Source: Dimorphilus gyrociliatus
Taxonomy: Eukaryota > Animalia > Annelida
Direction: 5' to 3'
Length of the DNA: 64,000 nucleotides
NCBI GenBank assembly: GCA_904063045.1
Contig: CAJFCJ010000096.1
Location: forward strand, 2,195 to 66,194
The notes under the pieces are model-generated. The model made no database searches. It had not been told where the DNA came from and saw nothing but the letters and a program-made list of their open reading frames with translations. Positions 35,351 through 48,172 of this stretch are shown in pieces. Numbering within the stretch: position 1 is the stretch's first letter; each line of letters starts with the position of its first letter. A program made the position numbers and the translations under genes.

Positions 35351-36555
35351 AACATTTGCTGCTGTTATTGTCTAAAATCTCTTTTTAAATGGTTCACTCA
35401 AAGATCCCACAGGCATAAACTTTTTGCTTGTTCTTCAGCGACCTTCACTTTTGAACCAGGAAAATATTTTCATTTTAAAAAATCTGAGACTTTGTCAAAA
35501 GAAACTCAACAATTTCAATTTTGAAGGTATCCTTCTTTCTACAATCTTTTCATTGGTGTTTTTTATTTGTGTCATCACATCGAAGAATGTTGAACTATTC
35601 TGTATATTTAAATTATTACTTTCCAAACTTTGAAGATAGCTACCATTTTGAAGAAAGAAAAATAAAAAATTGGTCTTGAATTCTACTTTTACTTTTACTT
35701 TTTTGTAGACTATCTAATAGTTTAAAAAAATGCTTTGTCTAAACTGAAAGTAGAAATTTGTTATTTAACGGCCTATTATATTACATTTATAAACAATCTT
35801 AACCACTTCTGGAAAAAATTTGACCCTGTTCTCTGGTATTGTAGTGTGATATTAACAATTTTGAATTTTAAAGTATTTGTCTTCCTCTTTGAGTTTGATA
35901 TTAAACAGAGTTTTAATCATATTAAAGAAAACCAAATATTGACTAACTTTGTTCGTTGAATCATAATAATTGACTTCTATTACTTTTTATCCCCAGACAG
36001 AATCTGTATTAAATTCAATTTTTCCTCCTCTGTAGAGCAAGATTTAAAAAATTTAACTGATCGAGCAGAAACTCTATTGTATTACTAATAAAAAATATTC
36101 ATTTGTAAGTATTTTATTGTAAGTTTATTGTTTTTTATTTTTTTCAAAATAAAGTTTGACCTTGCCCTTGCTTTCAAGGTCAAAAAATTATTTAAAATAT
36201 ATGTGTCTTTTCTGTACGATTTTCCTCAATATCAATCCACTGTCGAGAATATTTTTTAACTTTAAATCTTCCTGTTTGAATTGCAATTTATTCAAACAAA
36301 CATAGAAAGTATCAGTGGTTTTCTAGAAAAAATGAACAATATCTGTGTAATAAAAACTGGTAGGAAAAAAATTCTTATACATCAAGATATAAACTGTCCA
36401 ATGAGAGCGTGGTGTCAATTGAAAAATGATGCTGATGAAGACGATTTAAGGCGAAAAAAATTGATTTTGAACACAAAAAATATCTAAACTTTCTAAATAA
36501 TTTTATATTCAATTCAAATTTTGAATATTCATCAACATCTTCCATTGGAATTATT

Positions 36556-39500
36556 TTATATTGTTTTAATGAATTCAACAATGTTGTACCTGGATTCGAA
36601 AGGAAATAAAATGATTAACAACCTGGAAATGAAATATAAGGATACTTTACATTTTAATCCTGTTTCTTCAAAGATCTGTCGAGTCAGCATTTGTCTATAT
36701 ATTTAAAAAATTAGATTACTGAGTACAATCGTAACAAAAACAAACCTTTCTTTCAATCTATTTAAATTTATTGATTCAATCTTTTTGAATATTATATCAA
36801 TAATTTGGAAAAGTTCTTGAACAATTGAATTCAAAGGTAGAATCAATAGAATAGTCCATTTTAAAAGAGGATACGGCATTCGAATTTCCTCATACACCGA
36901 TACAAAACCTAGCAATTAAATTACTGTTGTTTAAAGATAGAGGCGAAAAGGGGTTATTAAAGGGGCGGATAAAATTTCTTACTTGCAATCGACATTGAAA
37001 ACCAAACAAGAAAATTCGGAAGACTGAAAGGAAAACACAAACATTTTATCCATATTTTTTTCCTTCCTTTTATCGTCCTCTTTGCCATTTTAAATTTGTC
37101 AGATTCGCTACCAAAACACAACACATGAACATCCACTAGAACGCAAATCATACTGATTATTGGAAAAGCTATATGGAATAGGACTAGAAAATAACTCCAT
37201 TCAATTTGTCCATAATTTCCAAAATAGAAATTAAAGCAGAAAGGATTTCCAGCACGTGATTCCTTTTTTGAGTTAATGACATAATAGTACCAATGTCAAG
37301 GTCAAGATAACATTTCAAGTTAAAAAAGAAATATTTACCCAAAATACAACTATTGGTACAATTGATCCAGAAAGTGATAATAGTATTGTTATAGTTGTTA
37401 TTAAATTTACATTTGCACTGAAAAGTCCTGCTTCCGTTCCATTATTAATGAAACTTTCATAACGTTCCGTCACGAGTAAAGTTATTGAAATCAAATTCAG
37501 AATTAATGAAAATGTTAATACTCCACCAAGACATTTACATTGGAAACTCGATCTCCACTTTATGTCATTGTCCAGATAATTATTCTCATAATGTGAATGT
37601 ATTAGGCATATGGCAAGTATATAACCAAAAATACCCAAATTACTAAGACACAATAGAGATTTCAAATATCCGCAATTTTCTCTTGCAACTAAAATATGAA
37701 TTAGAAAAAAAAAATTTAAAAAACAACCAATTCCACCAATTGAAAACATAAGATATTTTTCAAATAAATCATTCAAAATGCTTGAACAGGTTAAAAGAGC
37801 CGAAAAATATGGTTGACAATTTACATTAAATGCAATAAATTTCCATACAAGACAACACAACTCAAAACTATTTGAATATACTTCTCTAACATTTTTAATA
37901 TAATTTAAAACGTTATCTTGAATTAATTTTTCAGAAAATACTGTTTTTTTTAAATTTAAAGATTTCAATTGAAGAAGATGACTGAAGGCAAACTTTTCAA
38001 TTTTGATTAAATGACAACCAATCATAATGAGAGTTTGTATTTTAGAATTGAATTTAAAATCTGGATTGTTTATCACTTGAATTCTAGTTAGGGAAATGTT
38101 GAGATGAAGTAGAAGTGTAGCATTCAATCTCTTCAGGGAAGACAATGATCGAATAGGATTTGATGAAATATTCAAAGATTGTAGAATATTGAATTTATGA
38201 TGAAAGATATGAGATTTTTCATCAATTTCATTATTCACTAAACATAAATAAATCAAATTTGGAAAAGATTTTCTTGAATATAGAAAATGATTTGAATTGT
38301 TTTCAATTGTTAAACTCGTCAATTCCGTCGAATTTCTTGTCAAAATATCCTCATTTTCCGATTTTCCATCAATAATTATTGTTTTTAAAAATTCGTTTTT
38401 TTCAATGCTACTCTTTGAATTTTCATTGTTTCCTAACCGGAAGTTACACAATAATGTAAATGTTTGAATTTGTTCACAATTCGGAAAAGATATTCTTGGT
38501 AGTGCACACAAAATTTCATCATATCCACCCAGGCAATCAATGATACCGTCACAAATCTTTGATGTTGAAATGAATGTTCCTTCCGTACGACACTTGAATT
38601 GGCCTCTCAAATAGAAATTCTCTGCAAAATCAGTCAGTTTGAAGAAGAAGATAAAAATTATAGTTGTTTTCGTGTTTTTGTATCTAATTCTTACCTTTAC
38701 AGTCAAGTTCGTCGTCTCCAAGGGGACAATGGTTAATACCGTCACAAATATTCTGAACTGAAATGCAATATTGTTGACGATGGCATTGATAAAATCCACC
38801 ACTGCATTGGACATTTGAACAATCTTTTCCCTGAATGTAGAGAATAGTTATTGGATATCCAATAGAAGTTTCTTCCATTTCGCAATTTGATTTATAAAAT
38901 GAGTTATAGAAATTGACACCAAATATATTAAAATAAGTGCTGTTAAAGTCTTTTTTATCATTACAATCTAATTTTCTATCTTGCAGATAAAAAATAGGAA
39001 GGCACATATCATCACATTTAAACTGATAAAATGGTGAACATTCTGTAAAAGTACATCACGTGACAATAAATAAGTTGACAACATATAAATTGAACTACCA
39101 TAATGTTTGGTTATCTGTTGAAAACGCCCAAATATTAAAAAAAAAACTGGTAAACAATGTGGAAAAATATAAAATGTGTCTATAAATTAATTTAAAATTT
39201 GTGAATATTTAAATTAGAATAAAAAGGTTAAGGCGTTTTCAACATCTTTATTCCTTCTTTGGGCATCTAAAATTTTTTCATACATAAGAGTTTCATCACT
39301 TTGATCGAAGCAGTTTCTCTCATTATTTAAAAACATTTCATTTTTTATACATTGTTTGCCATCTTGACAAAATCTTTCCTCGTTTCCGCACTCATTGAAT
39401 TCTGTATGATTGATAAAACATTTGTTATTAATTCGAAACAAAAATAATAATAGAGTGACACAACTGCAATTTTCTTCATCAGATGAATCTGAACAGTCAT

Positions 39501-42500
39501 TGATTCTATTACAAACAACAATGGCAGAAACTTGCTGATCTCCCGAATTGCATTGAAATTTCTTATAAATTGCATTTGAACAAAACTTCTCATCGTCTCC
39601 ACCCAAACAATCGACAAAACCATCGCAAAGAAGTGCTGAATTAATCAGATACTCGTGACCTTGACAAACGTAACAATTGTGACATGTATCATTGTTAATG
39701 ATATCAATTCGTATAGTCGAATAAGAGTTCCGTCTTTCTGTTTAATCAATGAAAACAAATTGACACAACCCAATGGAAATTAAAAAAAAATACTTGGAAT
39801 ATAATGACAAAATGCTACGTGATATAATGTATGATCACATTGCGTAATGTCAAATGATAGATGACTCTGACTGTCCTACAAAACAGAAAAAAAGGTGATT
39901 GAACTCTGTTATATGTTTAACTTGTTGAAAATAGTTCATAGACTGGTTATCTGTCTGTTTACAAATTTCTACCAGTTTTTTTCAATTGTATCAAGAGAAG
40001 GAAACCTGATAATAATTATGGAATAAACAATATTTTTGTTTTGGATTAATTTGCTTTTTTCTGTAAAATTCTTTTTGTAGATTTTGATAGATAACATTTT
40101 CAGTTGATTTTGTTTGAAAGAGTGGCAAGTTTAATGTAAATCCACTTGATGTTGTAAACATTGTTTGATTTCTTACATTAACCATCTCTTTAACATCTGT
40201 AACCGGAAGTAGTTTTATAACAATAATAATTGAAAATATTTTAGCGTTCTTACTAAAAACCAGCTTGAAAATAATAATATTAAACAGTGTGTTAAAAAAT
40301 TCTAATATAAGTTTCTTTTCAAAAGTTGGAAAATCTGTTAGAGTGAAATTAGTATCTTGGCATTTTTTCTCTATTGTGGAAATTAGATATTCCTGAGCAG
40401 GTATTGTTTTATAACAAATATCAAAAATAGAGATGAATGTGTCATTTGGACATTTTTCAATATATTCATTTGAACATTCAAGATCAGTCTGGACTTGAAT
40501 CAAGTCATCTCTGTTCATTTTTTAAGTAAAAAGAAATGATTGGTGGGATCTAATAGAAAGAGGAGGAAAATGTCAAAAGATATTGATATCCTTGACTTTT
40601 GACCTCCCTAATTTTTCCGCTTCTACCTACATGTGATGTTTAATTGTACAGAAATTAATATTAGTATTATTTGGACAAATAAAAGTTTCAAAAGTGGACT
40701 TGACATTGTTAGTATTAATAATATTTGAGGTTGCATGAATAAATCCAAATTCAGAGCATATTTTTGATTGAGCTGAATAATGTAAATATCCAAAATTCGA
40801 CCAATTTCCTTCAAAAAAAATGTAGACCTCTCCAGATATTCTCTCTGTAAAATTATTAGTTTCCGGATAGATTTCATTATCATTGTCAGTAATCATTTTG
40901 ATTTCTACAAAATGCAAAGAATATCTTCGTATTTTCTTTTAAAAATTATTCAAATTCTTACTTATTTCAATTTCTTGATATTCTATTTCTTGTTGGATTT
41001 TTTTACATGTTGGACGTATTAAACCAATATTTTGTCCTTTACGATTTTGAGTAATAATACAAGTAACATTCTTTGAATTGACTTCATTTTCAATCTTATT
41101 GCAATTTAACACTGGAAAACTGTTGTTCAACTGACAATAGAGTATAATTGTTAATTAATTAGGTTAAAATAAATGTTATGAATCTCATCTAGGCCTACAT
41201 ATTCAATAGGTAAAGAAGTGTAATTATACCAGCTATTAGTTTTATTAAAAGTTTGGCAAAATATATTGCTAACTAATTCAAAATTGGAAAAAATGAATGG
41301 TAAAAACGTTCCAAAAGTTTTTGAATCTATATAGAAATTTCCTTTTTCCTTTCCAAATATATTTTCAACAGAATAGAAGTAAGAGTTTTTTTCTTCATTG
41401 CTAAATTTCTTTATTTTAAAATCTGTAATAAAAAAATAGACAAAAAAATTCAAAAATTGGTGTTAAAATAAAAAAAGAAAAAAAAAGTTTTCTTTTTACC
41501 ATTTAATTCATCAAAAAAACATTCAATTGTTGTTCGATTTTCAATATTATTTTTATGAATGCCAAGGTCATTATTGAATTGTAAATTAAAATTTGATAAT
41601 GAGCATAATTCCTCTCTACCAATACTCTTCTGGCTGGATTGTAATAGAGAATTTTTTGAATTATTCCTCAAATAAAGCCTATACAATGGAAATCTTGATG
41701 TCCGATTATCAGCAATGGAAAATATATCTTTACAAATTTATAAGTTTTAAAGTTAAAAAAAAACAAACAAAACAAACAAACAATTTGAAGTTTTTTTAAA
41801 ACATTTAATTAATAGTTTGTCAAATGATGTCGAATTTTCGAATTCTCTATATAAAAATAAACAGTTAGTATATAGGCCTATAATATGTTAACATATTCTA
41901 GAGCTTATTACATTCCGTTCAATGTATTATCCTGGTTTGAAAAAACGCCAATTGGAGAAAAGTATGGCGTTACTCTTAAACAATTAACAATTGAATGTAA
42001 ATCGTCATAACCGAAATGATTACATAATTTATTGGAAAGTGTAACAGCTATATTTGAATATTTTACAAAGTAAATGTTCTTATCAAATTTCCTTTTGGCG
42101 GTTATAGTTATTAAATCGTAATTATTTGTTGTCTTATGAATGGAATGGAACCAGTCTATTTTGCTATGATTTTTTCCAAATTCTCTACACTCTACATTGA
42201 CACAAACTGGATCATCTCGAAAGGAATACATTTTAGGATAACAATTTTCAATACCATTGTCATTTGCTGTATTACAATTTTCAAATACCATATTAATCTT
42301 AAAAATTTGTGGATACAAAATTAATTTTGGTGTCTTTTATGTTGAGTTATAAGTTACCTCCTCTTTAGGGTTAGAATTGCATTTATGAACATGCAAAGTG
42401 TTTGAAACTAATAAACAAGCTGATTTGCAAGCCAATCGACTATCGACTTCAGCAAAGCACATAGTGTAAATATCTAAATTTTTTGATCTAAAACTAGTTT

Positions 42501-43393
42501 CAATATATCTGAAATTATTGATATAAACTTCCTTTTTAAATATATTTAAATCTAGAAAAAAAGATTATTCAAAATAAACTGGTAGATAAATTAATAGAAA
42601 AAAATGAACATTTTACCATTTAATTCTCTGTATGTGCATCGAGTTTGTTGGCCTTGCTTTTTTCGAATTTTTAACTTTCCATTTTTGTTCCGAATTAATA
42701 TTGAAGAATTGACAGTTTTTTTCTCAATATATTCCAAAGTTTGAGTCATTTGTTCTAGTAAGTTGAATTCACTTTTTCTACAATATTCCTTTCGTCTATC
42801 ACGAACATTGCCAACTTTATAAATGTTTTGTTGATACTTAAAAAATAAAAGATTTAAATGTTCACTTTCTCTTATAGTAAGAAAATCTAAAAACAGAATT
42901 TTTTAATTTAATAAAAAATGGTTTTTGAAAAAACAAAAAAAAGAAACAAACAATTCCTTTTCCTTTTGAAACATTTCAATAATAATTTAGTATGACATTG
43001 ATATATCCATTTTCTGTTTATAATAAAGTATTAACACAAAAAGAGAACATTTAAAAAATTTGCTCTTTTTCTCTCTTACAATTTACAAGTTGATTCGTCA
43101 ATCTTTATGCATTTTCTTTCTCTAATATAATTACTTTCCGATATGAAAGATATAAACGAATCATAACCAAAAAAATCACATAAGTGATTTGTAATATTGT
43201 AATTATGGATTACAGACGAAACGTCATAAACTTTAAACTTTCCAACCATTAATTTAACATTTCCTTGTACATAACTTTTACTGTATTTAGTGATATCCAA
43301 CACCAATCGTTTATGAAAACATTCACTGAATACAGTATGGAAAATATTTAAGAAGATAAAAAAGATTATTATTCTGCTGTTGAAATAAACCAT
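36556..43393 (-). CDS. GRL101-like LDLa-LRR GPCR B with SRCR-like/CTL-like ectodomain, multi-exon
   Basis: MVYFNSRIIIFF signal peptide; NITNHLCDFFGYDSF; SGEVYIFFEGNWS...KICSEFGF; LDLa repeats; LRR; 7TM CKCLG, ERY, ILPLNS. Collinear with GPCR A. Confidence 0.85.
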
Positions 43394-44269
43394 AATTTTG
43401 CAGTATACAAAAAAACCTGCAATGAAAAAACAATTTTTAAAACAAAAATTAGCATTAAAAATTTCAAATATCAAATTTTTTAAAAATTTGTATAAAATTT
43501 TTTTTTTTGTAAAGAAGATTTTGGGAAATTGAAACTTGAGATAAAGAGTTGGATTTTTAAACTAATTAGATTTATCCCACTCTCTCTCTCTCTCTCTAAA
43601 AATATCTTTCACAACAAGTCTGTTTTATTAAATAAGAGAAATTGACTGAATTTAGTAAAAATGTGAGTTGTAATCAATGTGATTTCCTCCAGTTGTTTAT
43701 TGTGAACAGATTTGAATTTCAATAATTAAAAAATATATTTTTATATCATTTCACAAGATTTATTGACGCATAGGACATATTAAAACTTAGTTTTTTGTAT
43801 TGGAATGTCTCTATCAGTAATTTTGTGAAGTGAGCATTATTAGATATTTTGTTATACAAGAACACCTTTCCAAAATCAATATCATCTACATTAATGAATC
43901 CTTTATTTTTGTTCAAAAGCTAGACGTAAATGAACACACTATTCAATCATTGATAAATAATTACATATTGAATAGAACTTTTTTAGGATAATGCACTGAT
44001 TGTATTAAGACAAATGTTGAATTGTTCTAAATTAGAAAAGTAATGTATATGGACAACATTGACTAGTTTTGTTCTTTTGTTTTTTTGTCAATTAGATATA
44101 AAATATCCAAGCCATTATTAACTTATTCAAAAGAGCGTCTATATCATCCAAAACAAAAAAAGATCCTTCACTTGGTTTGTTTTTTCTCATATACAATAAT
44201 TTAAGTAAAGGATGAAAACTGTAAAAGGATTTTTAGATAGCGAAACACCAAATAAAAAGATAGAAATGA

Positions 44270-44545
44270 AAGACAAGGGAAATATTATATTAGGCTATAG
44301 TGCTAATCAAAGTCTTGATTTTATACCTCCAAAGTAGAATACAAATACAAATATTGAAGCAGATATTAAAATATGCATGAATATTTGTAACTATTATCCA
44401 GAATGCAAGTATGTCAAAATAATAAAACACAAATCTCTTTTATAAAGCTACTCTTCCTCTTCTTTCTATAGGACTATTGATTTTGAACCTCTCACATTGA
44501 CATGTTTGATGAAAAGTGTCTATTCTGGAAAGATAGCTCAAAACT
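44270..44545 (+). pseudogene. PAN-domain pseudogene interrupted by MITE copy 3
   Basis: PK*NT...CMNICNYYPECK|TIDFEPLTLTCLMKSVYSGK parallels the 11680 gene. A stop sits at the Trp position, and the MITE is inserted in the exon. Confidence 0.65.
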
Positions 44546-44752
44546 GGGACCGGTGGAAAACGGCCATAAATGAAATATTTGAAAGTTAGATTTCAGCCTG
44601 GGAAATGGTTAGGAGGAATAAGATAACTGTTGATATGTTCTTAGGAGGGTCCCATCTAAGGGTTAGGGGTATTCAAAAAGGTTAGGCAAAAACAAGGGCT
44701 GGGTTTGGGTTAGGGTAAAACCATAGATTTATGGCCGTTTTCTACCGCATCC
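44546..44752 (+). mobile_element. MITE copy 3 (207 bp)
   Basis: 9-bp TSD ctcaaaact (44537-44545 and 44753-44761). Inverted gaaaacggccataaat at both ends. Confidence 0.93.
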
Positions 44753-44871
44753 CTCAAAACTGTTTCATTGATAGTAAAAACCTCAGAGAGTAAAGCATTA
44801 CTATTATTTTTTTGAGATTATTGTTTTCTAATTTTTCTCCTTCTCTTCTCTACTTTAACAGTTGTAAATTT

Positions 44872-45102
44872 TCAAAAATATCCAAGTACAGTATCTGCAA
44901 CTGCTCCATACACTTCTGCAATATGGGGATCTGATAACAAAAGTGTGATCAGCATTGAAGAATGTTTTAGAGTTTGTTCTACTGAAATTCTTTGCAGCAA
45001 TGGCACCTGCTTCAATTCCCCATTTTTCTTTAGAAATCTGTGTATTGAAAATACTTGGACAAATGGATCTTTTTCAATTATAAATGTACCATCAGAATTC
45101 AA
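44872..45102 (-). mobile_element. MULE transposase remnant
   Basis: SDGTFIIEKDPFVQVFSIHRFLKKNGELKQVPL matches the MULE first-Asp DGTF...QL..IH...PL motif. Confidence 0.78.
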
Positions 45103-45929
45103 TATTTAGCTTTAGACAAAAGGAACATTTATCATATAGCCAGTTGAACCTAACCTTTACCCAACTATAACACTTCATATTTGGTCAGATCCATGAATGG
45201 CCTATACACTTTAGGAAAGACAAAGAGAAACAAAGAAATTAATAAGTATACCTTTGTTTTTATTGACATGAAAAAGCTCATTTGAATATAAATGGCCTAT
45301 GTTCCAAATAATTATCACCTATTAAAACGGAATTCCAGATGTTGATGATGCTATAAAACCTACAAAAGAAAATACAATAACATTTGGCCAAACATAGATT
45401 TGGATAGACATCCTTAAGGTTCATCTTAAGTACTAGTTAAGGTTTGGCCAAGTTATAATTTAATTAAACCTCCTAAATGTTGAACCTTGCAACATCCTGT
45501 TACTAAAGATAAATATGAACTAGACAGTTTGACAACTGTAATGTGATGATTGGATATCAGAGGCAATGATAATTAATCATGTATTTTTTTTGAAGGCTTT
45601 ATCAGTTTTCTCTATGAAGTATTATTTTCTACCAGTTTTCTTAGAAGACTTTCTTCTAATAAAATCTTTCTAATAAGATAATATTATTCTGGTTAATGAA
45701 ACTTTGGGAGAAGGTAATTTAACAGAAAAAAATCAGGTGAAACATCAATATTTATATCACTCTATTTAATAACTCTTTAATTTTTTCAGTTAAGATTATC
45801 ATTTGACTTTGAAAATAATGTAACTGACTCTTCTTTTGTTGATGAACAAAGTGCTGACTAAGAAACAAGAGTAGACATATGGCATGAGTATCTTTAGATC
45901 AAACCAAAGAATTGAGTTTCAGTGATCTA

Positions 45930-46730
45930 AATATGGGAAATGGATTAGTAGAGATTTATAATGGACTCGTCCAAACGAATGTACAACTATTGGATAACTC
46001 TTGAAAAATTGTTCTAAAATTGAAATTTGTGAATTTAAGTCCAATCAAAATGCTGCCTTTGGTATATCCGATATTTGTATTGAACTAACCCAATCAACAA
46101 GCACTTTAAAAAGTCTTAACTTTTCAGAGTGTGACCCAATTGAAAATGAATGTACACAACATACAAAGATGCTCTACAATAGAAACACTTAAATTAGGAT
46201 ATAATAGTTAGATGGGAAATGGACTTTTAAAGATTTTTAGCCAACTGACTATAAACCATCAAATACACTAAATATTCTGATTCTTAATCAATGTAACCTA
46301 ACTAGTTTTGAATGTAAAAGTATTAAAAAAAGACTGTAAAATTGTCCTAAATTTGAAAAATTAAATATTAGCTGGAATAATAATATTCAAGATGGAATTT
46401 CAGATATTTGCACTGGACTTTTAAACTGTTCAAGTTGGTTGAAATATTTAAATTTTACTTTTTTTGTCTAAGTAACATTAAAAGTGAATTTATTGAAAAT
46501 ATGCTGAGTAAATGCTCAAAACTGGAAAAATTCAACATAAGTGATAATTCTGAAAAGGGAAATGGATTCTTTGACATTTGTAATGGACTCGTTAAATCAT
46601 TATTACCTTGAAATATGTGTATTTTAGCCATTGGTATCATTCGAAATACCTTGAAAACTGGTAATAAATTGAAAATTGAATTTTGAAAAAAACACAATCC
46701 CACACGGACTAAGTCATAGATTTTGTAAAA
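45930..46730 (+). pseudogene. Degenerate NLR-type LRR pseudogene of the 2203/14954 family
   Basis: Fragments MGNGLVEIYNGLVQ, KNCSKIEI...LKSLNFSEC and CSKLEKFNISDNSEKGNGFFDICNGL lie in different frames with stops. Confidence 0.8.
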
Positions 46731-46999
46731 TTTTATTATTTTCAAAACTCAAAAATGATTTCCCCTTTTGAAGCTTTTAAAAAATGTTTAGAAAAATATT
46801 TAACTCTTACCAGTGTACTGCTCAGGTACATGTATAAGTTGCGTAAAATAATAGAGTTCAAGCATGTAAAATATAACCAAAGTGGTACACCAGTTTTTAC
46901 AGTAAAATAAATAGGCTTATAATAGTCATTTTCTTTGTTTTTGACAATCTACAGAGAAGAAGGAGAAAGAAGAATATTGTTTTCTCACAACAAGTGAGA

Positions 47000-47250
47000 A
47001 AAAATTTCTAGCTAAGGTAATTGATCATATGGAGATGTCTTTGTTTCCAAAAGTTAATCAGTTTACAAAGAAACAATTAGGACTAACAATGAAGGTTGGC
47101 ATAATAGGTTGAATAAGAATGTATATGCTAAAGGCTCCTTATACATATTAATTGATAAGTTAAAAAGAGAAATTTAGGAAAATTATAGACTTGTAGGGCT
47201 ATTGACTGATGATCTATTAGTTCAAACAGGTCAGGGAAAACACATCTCTG
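47000..47250 (+). mobile_element. MULE transposase C-terminal remnant
   Basis: TIRTNNEGWHNRLNKN at about 47075-47125. Confidence 0.65.
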
Positions 47251-48172
47251 GAAAAAGTCGTCCCTATTTTGGGAAAACTGTCCCCTTTTCCAAAAGCAGC
47301 CTTTTTCACTTTTGAACAGAAATGAAAAGAAAACATGTAAATATAGTTTATGTAAAATGAAAAACTTTGTTTTTTAACTTGGCCACACCTAAGGAAAGCT
47401 AATTGAGTTATAACTTGGCCACTTTATAAGAGGGCTAATTGAATTAAAAGTGGGCCACACTTATAACTTGGTCGAAACTTAAAAAGGGTAATTAAATTAT
47501 AACTCCATCAACCTCAAAACTTAATAATCAATCTTTTTTTAAACATTTTACTATATTACTGTATTAAATAAATAGAGAGAATAGCCTCTTTAAATTTCTC
47601 ACATTTTCTCGTATTGTGCTTTCTTTCTTAAAAATGTTCTTACAACTCCTCCAAAATGATAAATATCTTTTCTGTCAGACTTTGTTATATTCTCTTTGAA
47701 TCGAGTTATAGATAAAATGAATTTCTCACTTTTCTATTATGTCAAAAAAAATAATATAAGTATATTGGGGCTAGCATAAAAATTTAAAAGCATTAATTTA
47801 CATTTTGATAGATTAAATCTGTAGAAAGGTCAAGGTCAAAACATAGATTAATTGCATGAATAACATTTAGAGATTGTGCAATATTTAATATACATTTAAC
47901 AAATGTATAGTTACAGAAGAAGTCGTTCGAAAACTCAATTTTTGAATTGTGATGAGGAAGTTGCTTATCAAAAAAGTACTTTTTATAATCATTTAGGAAA
48001 AAAGTTATTACTATAAAATTTTGAAAGAAAAAATACAAAAAAAAGAAACATAGAATTGTTTTTAACAATAATTAATTTACATTTGTTTGTAGCCTCAGAT
48101 TTTACTGATTGAATTAATTGAGATCTGTTTAAATGAAATTTTTTCAAAAATATTTGAAAATTTAACATTCAA

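Noticed and set aside
43820-44060. Possible LRR remnant on the minus strand (SNLEQFNICLNTI)
   Set aside because: Too short and stop-ridden to support a call.
44546-45102. MITE copy 3 as the terminal repeat of the adjacent MULE fragment
   Set aside because: The MITE has its own 9-bp TSD on both sides, so it is an independent insertion.
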